Source: Candidatus Saccharimonadales bacterium (GTDB lineage Bacteria; Patescibacteriota; Saccharimonadia; Saccharimonadales; UBA7683). From it: a stretch of DNA of 64,000 bases. Positions 18,678 through 26,187 of the stretch are shown here, in pieces. Position numbers and translations under genes: made by a program. Below the pieces are notes generated by a model that saw nothing but the letters and a program-made list of their open reading frames with translations, was not told the DNA's origin and did no database searches. The stretch is from contig JAXMAA010000002.1 of the NCBI GenBank assembly GCA_046350615.1, positions 85,204-149,203 of the forward strand. Reading direction: 5' to 3'. Position 1 is the stretch's first letter. Every line of letters begins with the position of its first letter.

Positions 18678-18727
18678 TCCTGTAAGCATAAACAAATTGA
18701 CAATTATCTCGTATATTTGGTACTGTT

Positions 18728-19480
18728 TTGGTAATGAAGAATTTTCTGCTGCGAAAAGTAAGACTTAGCTGGTATTTTATTTTCTTTCTCGCAACCTACT
18801 TTTTATTGCTTGGTATTATTCCACGAGTTACTTTTACGAGTGCTGCGCTCACCCTATTCTCTGTAAACTCATTTCTCTACGGTTTCTATATAGCGCCTGT
18901 ACTGTCTGCACAAAAAGCTCGTATAGACGAACTCCATAAAGTGGTACGTGCGGAAGCCAACGCAATCTTCACAATGGTGCTCTATATAAAGAAATTTCCG
19001 AGGTCACTACGAACTCGTTTTCAAGAACAATTTGACCAGTATCTTTTGTCCTGCACGACAAATAAATTGAAACGGGCCGAACAAATTTACGAGGATCTTA
19101 TAACACATTGCATAACCTACAAAGGAAACTCCAAGGCTGAAATCGATACGCTTCTTGGCTATTTGGTTGCTAACCAACAAAATCGAACAAACTTCTACCT
19201 TCAAATGGGAAACAAAGTGTATAGCAACGAATGGATGATTATGGGGGTGCTGTTTTCAATTACCCTGATATTTATACTTTTGATTGATGCAGGTGATATG
19301 ATTAGCATCCGTGTTGTTACGGCACTCCTCTGTGCAGGCATCAGTATGTTGATGTTGAGCCTGGTCAAACTAAATAGCCTTACGCATAAAAAGGCAAAAC
19401 TCATCTGGACTCCATTCAAAACGTTGACAGAAACCAGATATTACCGCATCGATGATCAGGAAGACCAAATTGATGGTTAA
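18728..19480 (+). CDS. multi-pass membrane protein, unknown function
   Basis: 250 aa with four hydrophobic segments. No diagnostic motif was recognised. Confidence 0.45.
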   Translation: MVMKNFLLRKVRLSWYFIFFLATYFLLLGIIPRVTFTSAALTLFSVNSFLYGFYIAPVLSAQKARIDELHKVVRAEANAIFTMVLYIKKFPRSLRTRFQEQFDQYLLSCTTNKLKRAEQIYEDLITHCITYKGNSKAEIDTLLGYLVANQQNRTNFYLQMGNKVYSNEWMIMGVLFSITLIFILLIDAGDMISIRVVTALLCAGISMLMLSLVKLNSLTHKKAKLIWTPFKTLTETRYYRIDDQEDQIDG

Positions 19481-19544
19481 GCATAATAACTTTTGCTATA
19501 CTTAAGTGCAGTATTGATGAAGCAAAATCCTAAGGAGTAATTTT

Positions 19545-20468
19545 ATGGATCTAAATGGTGGGAATAATCCATCCAGCCCCAGGCTCGATTCTAACCCGGT
19601 TCCACAGCAGTCGGCTGCACAAGCACCCAGCCAGCAGGTTTTTGCACCGCAGCCAGCGGTTACAGCACCTGTTATACAAACACCCGTAATGCCGCCTCAG
19701 CCTGCTACACAAACTCAGGCACAACAACAGCCGTCGGCAGCACCAGATTTACTCGCCGATTCTGGAATCACCCTTTCATCTGATCCGAGTGGTCCGGTTG
19801 CCGGGAAGGGGAAGACGATTATATTAATTGCCGTTGGGAGCGTGCTTGTTTTGGCGCTTGTGGCAGGGGCATTCTTTGTTGGCAATGTGAGTGGTAAATC
19901 AGCTGGTCGCAAGATAGCGGATGCAGAATATCAAAAGAAAGAAGCGGATCGTCAGCGTCAAGAGGCGGAAAAAGACGCCGAGCAAGAGAAAGACGCTGAG
20001 CTTGATTTGGGGACAGAACTCGTTGAGCCAAAGTACGCAGATGAGAACGTTGAAGGAGATATTGGTAAGCAGCTAACTGCAAGTGATGGACTGGTTTTAA
20101 AAGTTACAAACATTGAGCGTAACTTTAAGACAGATGATCCAAACTACAAGTTGGATCCCACTAAAGAACTGGTAAAGGTTAATTTTTTAATGGGTAATAT
20201 CGCGAAAGATAAAGCAAAGGATATCACAAACTTTGCCTTCTATCTTGAAGATTCAGGTAATGCAAGATTAACTCCACAAACGATTGCAAGTTATACAGAC
20301 AAGTTTGATACCATCAAGCTTGATCCGGGTGCACAGGCAAAAGGTTCCATCGTTTACCTAGTTAATAAAGACGAAGTGCCCCTTAAGTTTGTTCGCGAGC
20401 AGCGATATCGCTTTGCTGGTGAAAACCGTGAAGTTACCACTAAAACAATCATTAACGTTGCTGAATAA
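19545..20468 (+). CDS. membrane-anchored extracellular protein, DUF4352-like C-terminal domain
   Basis: 307 aa. It has a Pro/Gln-rich N-terminus, a TM segment IILIAVGSVLVLALVAGAFFV, a charged linker and a beta-rich C-terminal region (LVLKVTNIERNF...GAQAKGSIVYLV). Confidence 0.5.
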   Translation: MDLNGGNNPSSPRLDSNPVPQQSAAQAPSQQVFAPQPAVTAPVIQTPVMPPQPATQTQAQQQPSAAPDLLADSGITLSSDPSGPVAGKGKTIILIAVGSVLVLALVAGAFFVGNVSGKSAGRKIADAEYQKKEADRQRQEAEKDAEQEKDAELDLGTELVEPKYADENVEGDIGKQLTASDGLVLKVTNIERNFKTDDPNYKLDPTKELVKVNFLMGNIAKDKAKDITNFAFYLEDSGNARLTPQTIASYTDKFDTIKLDPGAQAKGSIVYLVNKDEVPLKFVREQRYRFAGENREVTTKTIINVAE

Positions 20469-20478
20469 CTAGATATCG

Positions 20479-20517
20479 GCAAATGGATATAAGATAACAG
20501 TTCTTATATCCATTTGC
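20479..20517 (+). terminator. perfect 16-bp stem hairpin downstream of 19545..20468
   Basis: GCAAATGGATATAAGA-TAACAGT-TCTTATATCCATTTGC. No T-tract follows, so terminator function is uncertain. Confidence 0.4.
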
Positions 20518-20530
20518 TCCCGTGAGTTGT

Positions 20531-20625
20531 CGTCATCCTGAACTTGTTTCAGGATCCAGTCTTTATAATCGCTGGCGATGCAGCCTCACACTCAGAATAG
20601 ATCTCTCTATAAAGTCGAGATGACG
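20531..20625 (+). repeat. palindrome-ended intergenic repeat (CGTCATC...GATGACG) with an internal CCTGAA..TTCAGG hairpin
   Basis: It has terminal inverted 7-mers and the core GTCATCCTGAACTTGTTTCAGGATCC. It is related in its ends to the elements at 32022 and 37431. Confidence 0.5.
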
Positions 20626-20668
20626 GCTTTCTGCGCTTCTCTCTAAGATTTAAGAAACCACCCGCCGG

Positions 20669-20857
20669 CTAAACTTCTTGCCCGCCGCGGAAGCCCAGCA
20701 AAGCCACTACACAGCTTGCCGCCATATTTATGATGACCACATTTATTGGGTCAAGATCACGGTTAATCGCAAGGAGTAATGCCGTACCCAGCCACATCGT
20801 GGCAATAACACCAGCGGTGTACGGATACTTTACAAATAAGATTACATCTTTAAACAT
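20669..20857 (-). CDS. small two-TM membrane protein
   Basis: 62 aa with two hydrophobic helices. No family was recognised. Confidence 0.35.
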   Translation of the reverse strand: MFKDVILFVKYPYTAGVIATMWLGTALLLAINRDLDPINVVIINMAASCVVALLGFRGGQEV

Positions 20858-20925
20858 GCTATCCTTTAATTATATCATATTTTGTCAAGTATTGCTATAA
20901 GCACAGGCCAAACTTCTCGCTTGTT

Positions 20926-20987
20926 ATTCCCGCGTAGGCGGGAATCCAGTTGAAATACTAGATCTCGGATCAAGTCTGGTATGACAA
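20926..20987 (-). repeat. palindromic intergenic repeat (TTCCCGC-GTAG-GCGGGAA hairpin ... TGTCAT end)
   Basis: On the minus strand it reads TTGTCATACCAGAC...GGATTCCCGCCTACGCGGGAAT. This is the kind of element that produces spurious VIPDLIRDL...SRLRGN ORFs. Confidence 0.45.
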
Positions 20988-21117
20988 ACGATGGGCTTGC
21001 TGGCGTGTGTCGAGATCTATGTCCGGTGCACGCTGTGATAAATTTGAGAACATAACGATTATCCTTGCAATCAACGGAGATGAATGCCAAAATGTTGCTA
21101 AATAAATCGGAGTTTCT

Positions 21118-21480
21118 ATGCATAACGCAAACGTAGTGATATTTGAAGATACGGGAACGTGGCAAGAGTTATTTGGTGAAATGATTTAAGATGGCGGCCA
21201 CAGGGTTTCGGCTCGAGCGACTGATATGCATCAGGTGCGCGAGGTGATAAATACTCTCGAGGGTGGTGATGCAGATGTTGCCCTGGTAGATGGCAATCTT
21301 TCTAATCGAGTCACGGGTGAAGATGGCGTGGAAATCACTCGACTTCTCCGAGCAAAGTTTGGAGAATCAGTCGTTGTTATAGGGGTCTCCGGTGATCATG
21401 AGATTGATGGCGCTGACCATAATGTATCAAAAACAGATGATACGGAAGCCAGATTGCTTGAAATCATAGCTGCGCTCTAG
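21118..21480 (+). pseudogene. CheY-like receiver domain gene with an in-frame TAA at codon 24
   Basis: The ATG at 21118 reads MHNANVVIFEDTGTWQELFGEMI, then TAA at 21187-21189, then continues in the same frame as DGGHRVSARATD...DADVALVDGNLS...VVVIGVSGD. That is a typical receiver layout. Confidence 0.5.
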
Positions 21481-21537
21481 CAGCGGCAGACTAAACTATT
21501 GTATTTGCACATATTTCTTAGGAAATATTCGTAATTG

Positions 21538-23190
21538 TTATTGGTTACTTTTTTCTTCAACGTCCGACTTCTTGGACGGTTCTTTTTTTGGTTCGGATTT
21601 TTTTACTGACTTCTCAGTTGCCTGTTTTGGTGGTTTGGCAGTTGCTTCGGCTGCTTTGATTTTGTTAACAAAAGTCTTGAATAGGGCGGGATCACGGTTG
21701 GCGACTCGTTCGAGCCATTTACTAATTACTTCCATCGCACGGTTGGCACTCATAGTTACTTCACCCTCTTTTGTATAATCTGGGCGCTCTTTGGCAACGT
21801 ACTCAAGACCTTCCTTAAATGCTCGGGGTAGCACACTGCCCTTGAGGCCGAAGGAATCTACAAGGGTGATGTAGCTTTGAGCGGCTCTGAGCATTTCGGT
21901 ATCATCGAGTTTCACAATAATACCAAAGCGGTTACCACTGTTCACCACCTGATTAATAGTGCCAAGGATATTCCCACTTTGAATGGAACCCTCAAGCTCT
22001 TCTTCGCCCATCTCTTTTTGAAAATTTGCTTCGGCAATTAAGCCCATTTGCCGTGTTAGGTCGTTGGTTTTATCGTTAGCTGGTAGGAGGCTGGTGACTT
22101 TTTTCATGGCTTTATAAAGATCACTCACAAAAAAGCGCAAGAACTGGCCAAGCATCATTGGAATATCAATTTTGCCACTCAGCATACGCTGATATTCTCG
22201 TAGCACACCGTAAAAAGCGGCTTTTTCTCGTGGGCTCCGAGCGGAAATGCCAAAATCTATTAGCGCAACACGGTTGTTATCGAGTAGCTTCACGTTACCC
22301 GGGTGAGGGTCGCCTTGTACTCGTGGGAGCAGGAATATCCCACGGATATATTCAAAACCGAGTAATTCCATCTGCGTACTTAAATCTGAGCCAAGCTGCT
22401 GTTTGACGTATTCCGCAGGGTCAATGCCTTGTTCTTTCAGGCGTAGCAACTGAGCGCCTGAAATACCACCAACGTACTCTTGCACAATAATGTTCTCGGT
22501 GGAAAGTTCAAGGTAGGTTCTAGGAATAATAAATTGTGGATTATCTTTGTACGCCTGCCACAGTTCGTTGCCAAATCGCGCCTCTTCAATGTAGTCGGTC
22601 TCACGCATAGTAGCTCGCTTAAACTCATCAATGGCGGTTACGACATTCATGTCAATATTTCGTGAAAGTTTATTAACAAATGCGCGTGTGAAGAAGCCGA
22701 TGAGCTTAAGGTCGTAGGCTAGAGTTTCGCGAATCATTGGTCGGAGTAGTTTGATGATGATCTGTGTGCCATCCTGAAGGTTTCCAAAATAAACCTGACC
22801 AAAGCTTCCGGCTGCAAATGGGGTGGGGCTGATGCTGGTGATTTTTTGTAGTTGTGCGGTGGGAAACTCTTGCTGCAATATGGATTGAATATCAAGTGGT
22901 TCACTCTCAAGATTTTCAAAAATCTTGAGGCGATCACTACTCTGCCAGTCTCGCATGAGACTGCTTCTTAGCAGCACACCTTGTAAAAATTTTACATAGA
23001 CACCACCGAGTTTGGTGAACTCCTCGCAGATCAAATTGTTCATTTCAGGGTGAAGCCCTTTACGATGCAGAAGGTAGGCGTCTTTCACTAACTTAGTAAG
23101 TACGTGACGTCGATGCTTTTTTAATTGCTTAACCTGTTTTTCCTGCAGGGTTCGTGCGCTCACGCCAAGGCTCCTATTTGTTCTTGCCAA
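21538..23190 (-). CDS. ABC1/UbiB-family atypical protein kinase
   Basis: 550 aa. Motifs are AAGSFGQVYFG, IIKLLRP, GDPHPGNVKLL and ALIDFG. Confidence 0.8.
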   Translation of the reverse strand: MARTNRSLGVSARTLQEKQVKQLKKHRRHVLTKLVKDAYLLHRKGLHPEMNNLICEEFTKLGGVYVKFLQGVLLRSSLMRDWQSSDRLKIFENLESEPLDIQSILQQEFPTAQLQKITSISPTPFAAGSFGQVYFGNLQDGTQIIIKLLRPMIRETLAYDLKLIGFFTRAFVNKLSRNIDMNVVTAIDEFKRATMRETDYIEEARFGNELWQAYKDNPQFIIPRTYLELSTENIIVQEYVGGISGAQLLRLKEQGIDPAEYVKQQLGSDLSTQMELLGFEYIRGIFLLPRVQGDPHPGNVKLLDNNRVALIDFGISARSPREKAAFYGVLREYQRMLSGKIDIPMMLGQFLRFFVSDLYKAMKKVTSLLPANDKTNDLTRQMGLIAEANFQKEMGEEELEGSIQSGNILGTINQVVNSGNRFGIIVKLDDTEMLRAAQSYITLVDSFGLKGSVLPRAFKEGLEYVAKERPDYTKEGEVTMSANRAMEVISKWLERVANRDPALFKTFVNKIKAAEATAKPPKQATEKSVKKSEPKKEPSKKSDVEEKSNQ

Positions 23191-23335
23191 AACCGATAAT
23201 AAAGAGGGTGAGGGTGAAGATGATCAGCGCAATGTACAGCTTAAACATGTCTCCAGGACTGTGCACTACAAATGCCATCAGAATCACAGCGACCCATACC
23301 AGGAGTATTGTTATAAAAATTGATGCGTACTTCAT
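23174..23335 (-). CDS. small two-TM membrane protein (below the ORF-track size cut-off)
   Basis: Hand translation gives MKYASIFITILLVWVAVILMAFVVHSPGDMFKLYIALIIFTLTLFIIGFGKNK (53 aa). Its 3' end overlaps the start of the kinase gene by 17 nt. Confidence 0.35.
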   Translation of the reverse strand: MKYASIFITILLVWVAVILMAFVVHSPGDMFKLYIALIIFTLTLFIIGFGKNK

Positions 23336-23432
23336 GAAATTTTACATCCGTCACTATTCATTTCGCACTATTATATCAAAAATTACACAATCTGTCCATG
23401 TTTTCAGCAGTAACGTGTGATATTACTGAAGA

Positions 23433-24032
23433 TCAATCAGTATATTTGGTCTGCCATCCAACCTGAGTTCCAAGCAACAAGCTCCTGACTAAATCGGCTT
23501 CCTGTTGAGACGTAACAATATCCTCACCCAGCCTAACCGCTTCCTCATACCTTTCGCGCATAATCTCAGAAGTGCCAAAGCCAGAAACTGCCAAACCATC
23601 TGCCTGGTAATCGTCGTAAAAACAGGTATCTAATTTGCCGGTCGGCACATGGTAGAAGAATAATCTGTAAGGCTCTGCTCCTGTAGGGTCGTCCAGACTA
23701 ATGTGTGCCACTGAGATTGTGCGTATTGATTGTCGTGGTCTATGCGGGTTGAGTAGAGAGTTGACAATACGACCACGGTCGATATAGGTGATGGCTACGT
23801 CTACTAATTGATTGTTCTCAACATCGTGATACCCACCCATCATCCTAAGCTTCTGTACTCCCAAGAATCGTTTTCCAACTGGCTGAACAGCATCTGGAAG
23901 CTTGGAAAGCATGACTAGTGCTTCTTCCATAGCCGCTTTCACTTCGGGGCTGGGTTTATACTCTTCTGGGGTGCCATAAGGGCATTCATACGATGCTTTG
24001 CACATAGTTTTCTCCTTGCTTAGTACAGTCAA
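23433..24032 (-). CDS. hypothetical protein
   Basis: 199-aa ORF that is clean on its strand. No recognisable motif. Confidence 0.45.
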   Translation of the reverse strand: MTVLSKEKTMCKASYECPYGTPEEYKPSPEVKAAMEEALVMLSKLPDAVQPVGKRFLGVQKLRMMGGYHDVENNQLVDVAITYIDRGRIVNSLLNPHRPRQSIRTISVAHISLDDPTGAEPYRLFFYHVPTGKLDTCFYDDYQADGLAVSGFGTSEIMRERYEEAVRLGEDIVTSQQEADLVRSLLLGTQVGWQTKYTD

Positions 24033-24115
24033 AAGAATATAGGCGATGTTATCTTTTGTGAAATTTTTCAGTATATTGTATAAAATAGATAAATAATGTA
24101 TAATTTAATACAATT

Positions 24116-24769
24116 ATGTTAAAAATATCAGATGCTGTGAGTGATATCGTTTCTTCCTCCGAGTTTGCGGTAGAGGGCTTGGCAAGTGGCTGCCTGAATA
24201 TGTCCGCATATGCAAAACAAATCTTACCCCTAGTAAAAGAACGCACTAAGAAACCCGTGCGACAGGGTGCAATTGTTGCAGCATTAACCAGATATGCAAA
24301 AACACAAGAAAAGAATGCTCCTTTTATACCTAAAATTGAAGCACATAATCTTCTGAGTCGTTCCGGACTTGCGGAGATCACCTACACTAAAACACCAGAT
24401 AATCAACGGCTTGTGGGTAAACTCTATAACGATTCAAAGTTTACAGGATCTCAGTTTTTTGTTGTGACGGTAGGTATTGGGGAGATATCGATCATAACAA
24501 CCGAAGATCTGGCTCTTGAAATTAAAACGTTTTTTGCACCCTAGCAACCAACATTATTCCTTAAGGGTTTGGCCAGCTTAAGTATGCAAACGACAGAAAG
24601 TGGCATAGATACACCTAATCAGTTCTATACAATCATTAAACAATTTGCCATTCGTCGAATAAATATCGTCGAGTTTGTAACTACCTTTACGGAGCTAAGC
24701 TTCATTTTAAATGAAAAGGATCTCAAGCAAGCCTTTAACACACTGCACGATGCATTCTTTTCAAAGTAA
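24116..24769 (+). pseudogene. ACT-domain-like protein interrupted by an in-frame TAG
   Basis: A 142-aa ORF ends at the TAG at 24542-24544. The same frame then continues QPTLFLKGLASLSMQTTESGIDTPNQFYTIIKQFAIRRINIVEFVTTFTELSFILNEKDLKQAFNTLHDAF, which has an ACT-like beta-alpha-beta-beta-alpha-beta pattern. Confidence 0.45.
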
Positions 24770-24943
24770 AACACCGTACCGAAAGGACGGTGTTTGAACG
24801 TAAGCCTTCTAATTGAGAGAAACGGCTGCTCCTCGAACTCTTTGAATGGATAGCGAACGAATCCACTGCCTCAGTCATGTTGTTGGATAAACTTAATCTT
24901 AGTAATCAATGATCGAAACTAAGAGAGGTCGAGACTAGTTTAT

Positions 24944-25597
24944 TTAAGCGGGGATTGAAGTTCGGCGGCTGAAGCTAATAACTTGGAGGTCAAGTCCGGG
25001 CAAGGGCTTGGTTGAGATAACTTCATGATGGGGGTTGTAGCCGTGGCGTTCACCTGCACCCTCAAGCCATGTTCTTGCCTCGTCTGGTGTCCACTCAAAA
25101 TGATGGTCATGTCGTCGCTTGGGGCGTGTACGTACATCAAGACCGTCCACTGGTACTGCTGATGGCGTCGTAAAGACCACCACGTCTGGTTGAAGTCGTT
25201 CGAAGATGACACGTTCAACCTCTGGTAGATCATCTAGTCTAAAATGCTCTATAACTTCTATCATTGTAACTGCCTCGTGTCTCGGCAGAGCTAATGAAGC
25301 AGTCAGAAGCGAGCCTGCGTGATAGGCGATTGTTAAGTCGTCACGACTCTCCTCTATTGGATCTGAAAATTCTGCAGCAACCCGTAACGAGTCTATGCTT
25401 TCATCAACTCCTGTCAGTACGGAAAATTGATGATCTGCAGCCAGTCGTTCTATAAACTGACCGTCACCACATCCCAAATCAAGTACCGATGAAGCTCCAC
25501 TTTCAGTAAGAATTGCGTGGGCTGCTCGATGCCGCATTTCGTGGCGAGCAAGTTGATGTGGCGCGAAACCAGTTCTCATAATAAAAAATAATACCAC
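24944..25597 (-). CDS. Hen1-like RNA 3'-terminal 2'-O-methyltransferase domain protein (stand-alone)
   Basis: 217 aa. It has the SAM motif VLDLGCGDGQF, followed by MIEVIEHF, VVVFTTPS and RHDHHFEWTPDEARTWLE. These match the bacterial Hen1 C-terminal domain signature (DHRFEWTR). Confidence 0.6.
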   Translation of the reverse strand: MVLFFIMRTGFAPHQLARHEMRHRAAHAILTESGASSVLDLGCGDGQFIERLAADHQFSVLTGVDESIDSLRVAAEFSDPIEESRDDLTIAYHAGSLLTASLALPRHEAVTMIEVIEHFRLDDLPEVERVIFERLQPDVVVFTTPSAVPVDGLDVRTRPKRRHDHHFEWTPDEARTWLEGAGERHGYNPHHEVISTKPLPGLDLQVISFSRRTSIPA

Positions 25598-25618
25598 TTT
25601 TATGGTATTAAATCAATG

Positions 25619-25694
25619 TGGTCGGGGTGAAAGGACTCAAACCTTCGACCTCTCGGTCCCAAACCGAGCGCGCTATCAACTGCGCCACACCCCG
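25619..25694 (-). tRNA. tRNA-Pro(TGG)
   Basis: The manual cloverleaf is CGGGGTG TG GCGC AGTTGATA GCGC G CTCGG TTTGGGA CCGAG AGGTC GAAGG TTTGAGT CCTTT CACCCCG A CCA. The CCA is encoded. The T-loop is TTTGAGT, which is non-canonical. Confidence 0.85.
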
Positions 25695-25806
25695 AAGTGT
25701 GAACCAGATCATTATACCACTTATCTGTTGATTTGCTACAGAAACCTCACAAGTACTTGCTGGATACTGGCTGCCAATTCATCGTTCAATCTGATACAAT
25801 ACGCTT

Positions 25807-26187
25807 ATGTTGTTTGTAGACTTGCTAGGCTGGTGGTATTCACGTGGCTGGGGATGGATTGCTGAGCGGCTTTTTGTAGTGCAAACTGGTCGGTTGGCTC
25901 GATTCTTCTCGATGGGCGATCTTCTAAAAACCCTTTTCTCTCCGTTTCGGCAAGATGTAGTCGATACAAAGCGCGCTCCGATGGGAGTGAAGCTGCAGGC
26001 ATTTGGCGGTAACATTATCTCGCGTATGTTTGGCCTCATTATTCGCTCAACGCTCATTGTGCTTGGCTTCATTTCGATAGCCTGCAATGGAGTAGTGGCG
26101 ATAGCAATGGTACTTCTGTGGCCACTGCTCCCGCTGATGCCGATCGTTTCATTGGCATTGCTTCTTATGGAGATGAGCGGCGTATGA
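25807..26187 (+). CDS. membrane protein, unknown function
   Basis: 126 aa with hydrophobic segments at both ends. Its stop overlaps the next gene's start (ATGA). Confidence 0.45.
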   Translation: MLFVDLLGWWYSRGWGWIAERLFVVQTGRLARFFSMGDLLKTLFSPFRQDVVDTKRAPMGVKLQAFGGNIISRMFGLIIRSTLIVLGFISIACNGVVAIAMVLLWPLLPLMPIVSLALLLMEMSGV

